From a virus (Duplodnaviria; Caudoviricetes), in IMG/VR virus record IMGVR_UViG_3300034349_000021, positions 1-42,807 of that record: 42,807 bases of DNA; one strand, 5' to 3'. Shown here piece after piece: positions 25,209 through 33,418 of this stretch (the stretch's first letter is position 1; the number at the start of each line of letters is the position of its first letter). The position numbers were made by a program, and so were the translations under genes. The notes beneath the pieces are model-generated. The model was not told the origin of the DNA and made no database searches. It saw only the letters and a list, made by a program, of their open reading frames with translations.

Positions 25209-27063
25209 CTTTCCAGCCTTCTCGACAATCAAGCAACTTGGCTTTGATCTCGAGACCAGCGATCCGTATTTAAAAGAAGCCGGTCCTGGCTGGGGACGAG
25301 GCGTCGGCTACGTCCTTGGGGTGGCCTTGGCCGTCGACCATAAGACTGCCTGGTACGTGCCAGTCGGCAAAAACCCTGACAGCGATGTTGTAGGCTGGCT
25401 CAAGGACCTGCTGGCCCACCCCATACCCCTTATTGGAGCGAATTTGCAGTACGATCTAGGGTGGATCTCTGAGTTAGGCATTTACCCGGCTGGTCCTGCT
25501 TACGACATTCAGTTCGCTGAAGCGTTGCTCGACGACGTACAACTCGACGACTACGGTAGGCACATCAGCATTTCGCTAGATGCGCTAGCTGAAGAGTATC
25601 TTGGTGTGCGTAAAGCATCCAACGAGTTAGAAGCCTACACTAAGGAACGGTGGCCTTGGCAGAAAGACTTCAGGGAAAACTTGTACCGCTGCCCAGTAGA
25701 GATGGTGGCGAGATACGCCAAGCCCGATGCTATGCTACCCATTCGGATATTGCAGACGCAATGGGCCAAGCTCCAGCGCGAAGGATTGCTAGACTTGTTT
25801 AAGCTTGAGTGCGCACTGCTGCCTGTGCTGGTTAAAATGCGGCGGCGTGGCATGCCGGTAGACATGGACCGCGCGATGGAGACGCGTGACGAGATGGTGA
25901 CAGCCGAGCAGATCATGCTGTTCATGCTACAGCAAAAAGCTGGCTTCGCGCTGAACGTCAACTCGCCCAAAGACTTGGCCACACTCTTTGACAAGACAGG
26001 TACTGAGTATGCACGCACTGCTAAAGGCAACCCTAGTTTTACTGCTGACTGGCTTGCTGCTTCAGACGCTCCTATAGCACAAGAAGTACTTAGCCTTAGA
26101 AAGCTAATCAAGGCACGCGGCACCTTCATTGAAAATGCTATCCTTGATAAAGCGATCAATGGCATAATCTATCCATCGCTGCATCCGTTACGCAACGATG
26201 AAGGCGGCACAGTAACTGGAAGGTTTAGCTGCTCAATGCCTAACACGCAGCAGATCCCAAAGCGGGATGCGCAGTGGGCACCAATCATTCGTCGAATCTT
26301 CATACCGGAGGAAGGCTATAGTGGATGGGCATCACTTGACTACTCACAGATTGAGTATAGATTCTTTGCACACTTTGCAAATGATCCCGGACTACTGGAA
26401 GCATACGCTTCTAGAGACGCCGACTTCCACGACATCGTGGCAGGCATTATCGGGCTGGACAAGAGTATGCGGAGAGCCGCCAAAGACATTAACTTTGGTC
26501 TACTCTACGGAATGGGAAAGGGTAAGCTTGTTAAGAAGCTTTCAGCCTTATTCCTGACGGAGGCCAATCCCCAAGGGAGGGCGCTTGAGATCTACAACAC
26601 GTACAACGAGCGCTTCCCTGCCGCCGGGCGTCTGATGAAAGAGTGCGCCAAGCTAGTATCTCAAGATCCGTACGAGATTACAACCATCCTTGGGAGGAAG
26701 TCACGCTTCAAGCTCTGGGAACCGATCCAGCGCAAAGAAGATGACAAAGCGTATCCGCTGGCCTTAGCTCGTTCTAAGTACGGCTCAGCCATCAAAGTAG
26801 CTGATACGTACAAAGCCATCAACAGGAAGCTGCAAGGCAGTGCGGCTGATCTGATGAAGAAGGCAATGGTTAATGCCATACCAATCTTTGAGCAGATCGG
26901 GTATCCGCACATCACTATCCACGACGAGCTCTGCTTGTCTTACCACCCTGACTTGGCAAAAGGCTTTGCTGAGCTACAAGAGTGCATGGAGTCAGCAGTT
27001 AAAATCAACGTGCCTATCTCGGTAGGCCTAGCTGTCGGCGACGACTGGTCACTAGCGAAATGA
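25195..27063 (+). CDS. polA: Family A DNA polymerase with 3'-5' exonuclease
   Basis: FDLET exo I; TVTGRFS..PN.QQIP; DYSQIEYR; RRAAKDINFGLLYG; LQGSAAD; IHDEL. Confidence 0.95.
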   Translation: MIPCDFPAFSTIKQLGFDLETSDPYLKEAGPGWGRGVGYVLGVALAVDHKTAWYVPVGKNPDSDVVGWLKDLLAHPIPLIGANLQYDLGWISELGIYPAGPAYDIQFAEALLDDVQLDDYGRHISISLDALAEEYLGVRKASNELEAYTKERWPWQKDFRENLYRCPVEMVARYAKPDAMLPIRILQTQWAKLQREGLLDLFKLECALLPVLVKMRRRGMPVDMDRAMETRDEMVTAEQIMLFMLQQKAGFALNVNSPKDLATLFDKTGTEYARTAKGNPSFTADWLAASDAPIAQEVLSLRKLIKARGTFIENAILDKAINGIIYPSLHPLRNDEGGTVTGRFSCSMPNTQQIPKRDAQWAPIIRRIFIPEEGYSGWASLDYSQIEYRFFAHFANDPGLLEAYASRDADFHDIVAGIIGLDKSMRRAAKDINFGLLYGMGKGKLVKKLSALFLTEANPQGRALEIYNTYNERFPAAGRLMKECAKLVSQDPYEITTILGRKSRFKLWEPIQRKEDDKAYPLALARSKYGSAIKVADTYKAINRKLQGSAADLMKKAMVNAIPIFEQIGYPHITIHDELCLSYHPDLAKGFAELQECMESAVKINVPISVGLAVGDDWSLAK

Positions 27064-27263
27064 AAACACCAATGTCAGAAAAGACTGAAGCAGTCAAAAG
27101 CATGATTGAAGGGCTGTTCCCTGGTACCAAAGAGCACCTTGCTAACAAGCGGTGCCCGCTGTGCCACGAAGCAATTGGTGAGTTCAGAGACTCAATGTCC
27201 ATGCGTGAGTATGAGATCTCTGGCATGTGCCAAGACTGCCAAGACAAGATCTTTGGGAGGTAG
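27060..27263 (+). CDS. Small zinc-finger protein
   Basis: CPLC...FRD..S.REY.ISGMCQ.CQD.IF. Confidence 0.7.
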   Translation: MKTPMSEKTEAVKSMIEGLFPGTKEHLANKRCPLCHEAIGEFRDSMSMREYEISGMCQDCQDKIFGR

Positions 27264-27265
27264 CT

Positions 27266-27481
27266 ATGAAAGAGTACCTGGGCGCTGATGTTTGGGCCGA
27301 TAGCTGCGACAAGAATCTAAGGCTGTCGGCTTGCGGCGACGTCATACACCTGAGCCCTGCTGTCTTTAAGGCCCTTGTTGAGTTTGCGGAGAAGCTGGCC
27401 GACGCAGGCCTCTTCTATATCGAACCCCCAAGGGATGAGGTTGACTGCCCGTCCGATTTCACAAAGGGTACCTGGGACTAA
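27266..27481 (+). CDS. Hypothetical protein
   Basis: SD GGGAGG before ATG 27266. Confidence 0.6.
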   Translation: MKEYLGADVWADSCDKNLRLSACGDVIHLSPAVFKALVEFAEKLADAGLFYIEPPRDEVDCPSDFTKGTWD

Positions 27482-27607
27482 GCCCTTGATTTCTAAAGAG
27501 TTTCTGGAGGCGATTGCGGCCACGGATGGCCTACGCGCAAATAGCAAGCCAAACCCCTTGGAAAGCAGGTTTTAGGAGACCCTGGCAACGCCGATAACCA
27601 GCGGCTG

Positions 27608-27621
27608 TTCGCACGCGCGAA
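27608..27621. promoter_or_regulatory. TTCGC-N4-GCGAA palindrome
   Basis: Perfect copy in the gap where early and late transcription converge. Confidence 0.6.
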
Positions 27622-27676
27622 TGACGATAAGTATATCGCCATATTCTAACAAACAACCCGTGTGCTCTAGCAAGGT

Positions 27677-27704
27677 AAAAAAGAAGCCCCTGGGGGGAGG
27701 GGCT
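27677..27704 (-). terminator. Rho-independent terminator of the late module
   Basis: Minus strand AGCCCCT-CCCCCC-AGGGGCT followed by TCTTTTTT. Confidence 0.8.
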
Positions 27705-27733
27705 AAAACCAGGTCATGGCGCGAAGGAGGAAA

Positions 27734-29530
27734 CTAGTCGTTGCGGTCTAGTATAGCCGGGCCGAGTAGACCACCGCCAAGGATGGCGCGCTCTCTTGCA
27801 CTGGCATTATACAAATTGTTCATTCCGCCAGTCAAATAACTCTGATACCAAAATGGCGCGGTAATAGCCCTGCCAGCGTTAAGCAAGTTGTGCACAATAC
27901 CTACTTTTGGTATAATGTCTGTTGTTCTTCCTAAGTCTTTAGATACCGCATTAGTCATAATAAACGAGCCGCGGAAACTCTTCTGCTGGTTCTGCAAAAA
28001 CCTTGCCGCTCGTGCAGCCTCTGATTCTGGTGCAATACGCAAAAACGCACCAGGTGGCACATCATCACTAGCCTGTACAGTCCTATCCCTTAGTAACCGC
28101 GTAGCAATCCTATTGCGCTCTGTTGCCGCCGCGCGCTCAACCAACAATTCTGGAGTCAACCCCCTTGGGGTAGGGATGGCAGTGATCAACCCTTCGTAAT
28201 AGTCAGCCAGCGGCATGCGGTTAGCAGCCAGCGCACGGTCTCTTGCATCAGTAAGCACGCTACGTGCAGCCGTAGCTTGATCAGCCCAATTAGGCACCAC
28301 ACGCCCACCAGTGTCCAAGCTGCGCCATAGGTCAGCGTGTTGGTTAGCGCCTGGCGGTAACTGCCGTCGCCCAGTAGCAGCTAAGTAACCGGCACGCAGC
28401 TGCGCAGGAATAGTCTGGTCTAGCGTATACGGAGCGGGCCGCACACTATCATTAATCTCGTGCACTCGTTGTCCTGACGTGTCACGTGCGCCATGCAGCG
28501 ATTCAACGTCTAGTTTACCGGTGGGTGAGGTTATGCCAAGCTCGTTTGCCACTTCAATATTAAAGCGACTTTGATTATTAGCCATTAAGTCATCAAATGC
28601 ACCGGCCGTCTTAGGGTTAGTTCTGACTGCGTTGTCAAGCATCTGTTCTTTAGTGTTACCAGATACAAGCCCGGGGTTAACCCAGTACCCTTTCTGGTGC
28701 ATCTCTTCCGTCAGCTGCCTGATGTTGGGCGGCTGCCGAGAAGGCGCCTTCATACCAGATGGCCCAGGTAAAAATGTCGCTACGCCACTAACCGCACCAC
28801 CGAGAAAACCCAGCCCGCCACCAACAGCCGCGCCCTTCAGCGCACTTCCGCCTTCATCATAAGACTTCAACCCACCAGTAACCGCTCCGGCTCCAGCAGC
28901 CGCTGCAATAGGCAAGTTACCGGCCAACGGTACGCCGCCCCCAAGGGTGCCTCCGAGACTCCCAAGGGTGTTGCTTGTAGGTCGGATGCCGGCCGCCCTC
29001 CCGCCTCTAAGCATGGCGTACTCCAGCGCAGCTTGAGCCGCAATGTTAGTACCAATCTCAGCGGTATTAACAGCCCACGGGTTGGTCTGCTTATAGCTTG
29101 CAGCATCTACAGCGGCTTTACGAGAGTCGATAATACTATCAGGCACAAAAGGCGAGACAGCGTGCCGCAAGCCGGCAGACAGCGCCGCCCCTGTATCGGG
29201 CTCAGGCTTGTAAGTCATTGCGCCCGACATCTGGCCGGTTTTCTCAACAAGCTGCGTCAAGTCACCGAGAGCCACCTCGTCACCGCTAGACGCGCGTGAA
29301 GCCAAGTCAGCCACAGTCAATCCAGTCTTCTGACCAAACTGAGCCATGATATTATCCATGGCCAACGCCGACGCCGAGCGACCGCCAGAGTTAAGAGCCT
29401 TACCAAGCTTTAGAAAAGAACTGACATCCAATGGCTCAACAGGAGCATCAGCCTTGACCAAGCCAGCCGCGCGCATGTCCAAGTGGCCATTGGCCCGAAG
29501 CATCTCGATGATTTCTGCGTCAGCAGCCAT
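27734..29530 (-). CDS. Internal virion / DNA ejection protein
   Basis: 598 aa, Ala/Gly-rich membrane-like segments, last gene of the ejection cluster. Confidence 0.7.
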   Translation of the reverse strand: MAADAEIIEMLRANGHLDMRAAGLVKADAPVEPLDVSSFLKLGKALNSGGRSASALAMDNIMAQFGQKTGLTVADLASRASSGDEVALGDLTQLVEKTGQMSGAMTYKPEPDTGAALSAGLRHAVSPFVPDSIIDSRKAAVDAASYKQTNPWAVNTAEIGTNIAAQAALEYAMLRGGRAAGIRPTSNTLGSLGGTLGGGVPLAGNLPIAAAAGAGAVTGGLKSYDEGGSALKGAAVGGGLGFLGGAVSGVATFLPGPSGMKAPSRQPPNIRQLTEEMHQKGYWVNPGLVSGNTKEQMLDNAVRTNPKTAGAFDDLMANNQSRFNIEVANELGITSPTGKLDVESLHGARDTSGQRVHEINDSVRPAPYTLDQTIPAQLRAGYLAATGRRQLPPGANQHADLWRSLDTGGRVVPNWADQATAARSVLTDARDRALAANRMPLADYYEGLITAIPTPRGLTPELLVERAAATERNRIATRLLRDRTVQASDDVPPGAFLRIAPESEAARAARFLQNQQKSFRGSFIMTNAVSKDLGRTTDIIPKVGIVHNLLNAGRAITAPFWYQSYLTGGMNNLYNASARERAILGGGLLGPAILDRND

Positions 29531-29533
29531 ACG

Positions 29534-31156
29534 TTACTCCGGAAGCAAGTCTGTTCTGCCGGCCTGCTTCATTAACTCATTCATGCGTTTGCGAGCGGCA
29601 AGCTGAGGCGCAGTGAGCTTAGCGGCAGGCACGTCACGATCAGAAGCCACCTGTGCGTCTGGCACCGAGTACTGCGCAGGTTGTGGGGCAGCTGCCGCAG
29701 ACTGACCCCCCTGGGGTCCTGTGAAGTCAGGTGGTACTGGCGGCTCTGGTCGGCGTCCAGCTATCCATTCAATACGCTCTCCAAGGTATTTAGCGTTGGC
29801 ACGAGACACTTGAAGATTATTCTTAAATACATCAGTTTCTTGGCCGGCGACAGGTAGCGTGGCCTTGATACGGTCATGCTCTTGTTCTGATACAGCCGCG
29901 CCGCTTATAAGCTGAGCCATTTCTTGCGCTATCTTATTTGATAGAGTAAGCGAAGCAAGCTCATGGTCAGATAGGTCTTTTACCACGTCTCCATTGCCGA
30001 GCATGTTGCTAATCCAGTTAGTCGCATTGATGCCGGCATTGACGCTCATACCTAAAAGATCGGTCTTAGTACGCCATTCTTTAACTTTACCACCAAGACC
30101 GGACAAGTCTGTGTCTGACGACATTTTTTCGAGTTGATCAAGTGAGTTAATAATAGTGGCGCGCTGGCCAGCTTTAACCATCTCTTCACTTGTAGGTTTA
30201 AGCTCAGATGAGCCTAACGGGCGTTTGACAGTATAGCCGACAGGCGAGTTAGGATCGGGATACATAGCCCCTTTTTCGTACTCACCAGGCTTCGCCCAGC
30301 CTAAGCTGCCGGGAGGCGCCGGCAGCACAGCTTGCTGATCCTTGCCAACATTGACTTGTGTCTTAGGCTGCGTCAGAATCTTTAGCATCATCTGCTGGTA
30401 CTCAGGCGTGCCTGGGGTAAGGCCAGCGTTAATCAGCTGCTTGTCTAATGAGGTAAGATCGGTCCCTTTAGCCTTAATAGCAGCAACCATCAACTCCTTC
30501 TGGAACTGGTCCTTAGCAGCACGCTGCTGAAGCATGTAAGGGGCAAGCTCAGGCCTGCCAAGCTGCATCAGCAGATCGCCAACACCGCCCGTGCCTCCAA
30601 GCGCTTGACCGATAGTGGAGCCCCAGTCGGGGCCAGTGGGCATTTGCACAGGCTGTTGCGGCGACATAGGAGGTGGCGGCATTTGTAAAGGCATGGCTGG
30701 TACGGGCATCCCAAGGTTGGAGGTATCGCCGGCCATCCTTGCGTCAACCGGTTGCTGCGCGCGTTGGCTGCCTTTGATACCATAAAAGTTATTGCCCGGG
30801 GCATGCTTTCCCCAGCCAGTCTCTAGCGCAGACTGCCTTGCGCCAAGCTCTGCCAGATGATCGGGTGCGCCCTTGGCCAGTAGCTCCGCCTTACGTGTGG
30901 CCATAAAAGCTTGCTGCTCAGGAGTACCTGCCTGCATGCTTGCCAGCTTGGCGCCATAGTTTGGGTCTGTGGCATAACCGGACTTAGCCACCGCTGCAAT
31001 AGCCTCGCTCAAGCTGGTGGAGCCGCGCACCCCTTGATAACGCTTGTTGCTAAGCAGCTTGAGGTAGTCATCGGAGGAGTCTGCAGGGCTTAAATACTGC
31101 CTGAAAGAGTCATCGACAGTTTGCATACGACCATTGATGTACTCTTGAGTTTTCAT
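29534..31156 (-). CDS. Ejection protein with N-terminal circularly permuted GH73 (FlgJ-like) muramidase
   Basis: T.EY.NG, FR.Y.S, GYATDPNY occur before QSALETGWG and NNFYGIKG; Pro/Gln linker; helical C-terminus. Confidence 0.8.
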   Translation of the reverse strand: MKTQEYINGRMQTVDDSFRQYLSPADSSDDYLKLLSNKRYQGVRGSTSLSEAIAAVAKSGYATDPNYGAKLASMQAGTPEQQAFMATRKAELLAKGAPDHLAELGARQSALETGWGKHAPGNNFYGIKGSQRAQQPVDARMAGDTSNLGMPVPAMPLQMPPPPMSPQQPVQMPTGPDWGSTIGQALGGTGGVGDLLMQLGRPELAPYMLQQRAAKDQFQKELMVAAIKAKGTDLTSLDKQLINAGLTPGTPEYQQMMLKILTQPKTQVNVGKDQQAVLPAPPGSLGWAKPGEYEKGAMYPDPNSPVGYTVKRPLGSSELKPTSEEMVKAGQRATIINSLDQLEKMSSDTDLSGLGGKVKEWRTKTDLLGMSVNAGINATNWISNMLGNGDVVKDLSDHELASLTLSNKIAQEMAQLISGAAVSEQEHDRIKATLPVAGQETDVFKNNLQVSRANAKYLGERIEWIAGRRPEPPVPPDFTGPQGGQSAAAAPQPAQYSVPDAQVASDRDVPAAKLTAPQLAARKRMNELMKQAGRTDLLPE

Positions 31157-31159
31157 GGC

Positions 31160-31537
31160 TTAGCCCTGGCTGTAGCCGTAGTAAGCTGGGACTGACTGGT
31201 TAAGTCCAAACGACTGTTGCTGCATTTGCTGTTGCTGTTGCAGCCACCGTTGGTAAGCCAGCTCTTCTTCTGACGGGCCTTGCTTTTGCTGCGGTTGTGT
31301 AAGCCGTGCGTAAGCATCGGGATCTGATTGCTGCAGAATAGCCAACCCAGTATTGGGTGCAGCCTTGCCCCACCAAGGTGCTGCAAACGCACCTTGCATC
31401 CAGTCAGGAGCAGCCGTAGAAATGTTAGTAGTTGGCACGTTGTAGCCAAGCCCATTCCAGCTCTGCTGCTGTGGCTGCTGCTGGTTATAGTTACCGAGCT
31501 GCTGCTTGTACTGCTGAAGTGTGTCTAAGATGCCCAT
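31160..31537 (-). CDS. Gln-rich small virion/ejection protein
   Basis: 125 aa, Q-rich, within the ejection cluster. Confidence 0.6.
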   Translation of the reverse strand: MGILDTLQQYKQQLGNYNQQQPQQQSWNGLGYNVPTTNISTAAPDWMQGAFAAPWWGKAAPNTGLAILQQSDPDAYARLTQPQQKQGPSEEELAYQRWLQQQQQMQQQSFGLNQSVPAYYGYSQG

Positions 31538-31539
31538 GA

Positions 31540-32691
31540 TTATTTAGCCGCGGTAGTTGCAGGAGTACGATACTTCTGCCATGCGTCAGCCAGTAAGCCG
31601 CCTACTTGTATGCCAGTGTTCAACCCAGCACCTGCGCCATACAGGCCAGCCTGCTGCTGCGTCATGTAATTGGGATTAGGCGCTGTACCAGTGCTAGTCT
31701 GCGTACCGTAGGGTTGGTACGCGCTAGCCATATTGGTGGCCATCTGGATACGTTGCTGCGGCTCTTGGAACATCCAGTTGTATCGCGAGATCTGATCTTG
31801 CAGGGCTGCGTTCTGGTAGGCCTCTACGGTCTGACCGCCTAGCATGTTAGCTGCTGCAGCGTTGCCTTGTGCAGTTGCACCTGTCTGCATGTAGCCGCCT
31901 GCTTGACCTTGCAAAGTGGCGGCATTGCCGAGTTGCGCGCCAGCCTGACCCATTGCTTGACCAGGCATAGTCAGGTTGTTAAGCATATTACCGGTTTGGT
32001 TTAACGCGCCCTGCTGTGCATTAAGCCCCTGACCGTAAGCGTTCAGCATGGTAGATGCGTTTGTATTGGCAAGCTGCTGTGAGGCTCGCTCCATACCTTG
32101 TGCCTGGGCAATGCCTTGCCGGCTACTCCCAAGGGCGTTAACTTGCTGTGCGCCCTGATTAATAGCTGGCAGCCAGTCTTCTTTAAACGCTTGGCCCACT
32201 TGCTGACGGTTAGCCGCTAGCTGCTGCTGAACGTAAGGGTTGTTAGCCACATCAGCAGCATTGCTAAGCATCCCGTAGTTTTGCTGCTGCTGCCCTAGGT
32301 AGCCGCCCATCTGATCAGCGGACTGGGCATAAGCATCAGCGCTAGTCTGATAGTATGGAACACCAGAATTAGCGGTCTTAGCCGCCTGTTGATAATATGG
32401 TACAGATTGGTTAAGCAACCCCGCTTGCTGCCCTAACTGAGCTACCCCTTGCTGCGTCATCCCACTTGGGGAGACGTAAGTCTGCCCCGGGTAGTACGGC
32501 TGGGGCGATTGCATCAAGTTCTGCGTCTGCGCTCCGGCGTAGTTGAGGAACGGCTGCGCAGCAGGGTTGATTGATGCTTGCTGTGTCTGGGTAGTCTCGT
32601 TAGTAGGAGACACGCTTTTGGCCGCCTTCTTTGCAGATTGGCTTGCCATGTAGGCGCTAACCAAACCTGCGCCGGCTACTATCCAAGGCAT
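31540..32691 (-). CDS. DNA ejection (pilot) protein, P22 gp7-like position
   Basis: 383 aa, Q/A/G-rich; MPWIVAGAGLVSA N-terminus; P.AQP.L, NPY, GSSRQGIAQ motifs. Confidence 0.75.
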   Translation of the reverse strand: MPWIVAGAGLVSAYMASQSAKKAAKSVSPTNETTQTQQASINPAAQPFLNYAGAQTQNLMQSPQPYYPGQTYVSPSGMTQQGVAQLGQQAGLLNQSVPYYQQAAKTANSGVPYYQTSADAYAQSADQMGGYLGQQQQNYGMLSNAADVANNPYVQQQLAANRQQVGQAFKEDWLPAINQGAQQVNALGSSRQGIAQAQGMERASQQLANTNASTMLNAYGQGLNAQQGALNQTGNMLNNLTMPGQAMGQAGAQLGNAATLQGQAGGYMQTGATAQGNAAAANMLGGQTVEAYQNAALQDQISRYNWMFQEPQQRIQMATNMASAYQPYGTQTSTGTAPNPNYMTQQQAGLYGAGAGLNTGIQVGGLLADAWQKYRTPATTAAK

Positions 32692-33188
32692 TAGAGTGCT
32701 CCTAGTTCGGCTTTGATTTGTTTGATAACGTCGATTGACGGCGTTACATTAAACTTACGCAGCTGCGCGTGCCTTGCCAAGTCAAAATGATGCTTGCGCA
32801 AAAATGTCCAAATATCCCTGGCCCGATCTGGATCCATAAGCTGCTGCAACGTAACACGTTCCCAAGGGAGGCTGTGCCAGCGGTCGATTTGGTCTTTGCG
32901 CAAAATAGGCAGGCCCAGTTTTAGTAGCGACGCCTGCACCTCTGCTATGGGACGCTCGAGCAGTATAGTAGGCACGTCAAGTAGCCAGCCGTCAAACAGC
33001 CAACCGCCTGTGCAAGAGATACCACAACTAGTCGTCTGCTCCCAGTTATGGTAGTCGTTGTAAGATCTACACCACTCGTACGGGTCGTGAACGCACAGTA
33101 GCTTACCTGACGAAAGCCAGTTAGCTACCCAGCTAGTGCCAGATCTGGGCAAGCCAAACACTCTGAACTTAATCACAGCTTGACCCAA
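32691..33188 (-). CDS. Sulfotransferase-like P-loop protein
   Basis: FRVFGLPRSGTSWVANWL...CVHDP resembles the PAPS 5'-phosphosulfate loop; ILLERP strand. Confidence 0.6.
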   Translation of the reverse strand: MGQAVIKFRVFGLPRSGTSWVANWLSSGKLLCVHDPYEWCRSYNDYHNWEQTTSCGISCTGGWLFDGWLLDVPTILLERPIAEVQASLLKLGLPILRKDQIDRWHSLPWERVTLQQLMDPDRARDIWTFLRKHHFDLARHAQLRKFNVTPSIDVIKQIKAELGAL

Positions 33189-33418
33189 GCCCCAGCGCTG
33201 TAGCAGTATACGCCACGTCCAGCACCTGGGTTCCAGTTAGTACCATCTGCGAATCGAACCATGCCATCAAATAAATGCTCTGGCTCTGCGCTAAGTACGT
33301 CAAGATCCCAGATGCTTTGCTGCGCCATTGATACAGCTCTAAACTCACGCCTCAACCAGCCGACCAGCTGCTCGAGCTCACTTGGGGGAGTCGACGGAAC
33401 GTAGACAAACCTTTTCAT
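33173..33418 (-). CDS. Small tail-module protein
   Basis: YVP...P ... GMVRFADG..WNPG.G.GVY.Y...W motif common after nozzle genes. Confidence 0.7.
   Translation of the reverse strand: MKRFVYVPSTPPSELEQLVGWLRREFRAVSMAQQSIWDLDVLSAEPEHLFDGMVRFADGTNWNPGAGRGVYCYSAGAWVKL

Noticed and set aside
27775-27788. Seventh ARGGAY hairpin (CGCC-AAGGAT-GGCG)
   Set aside because: It is antisense to the end of a late gene and beyond the early/late convergence, so it may not be transcribed in that orientation.
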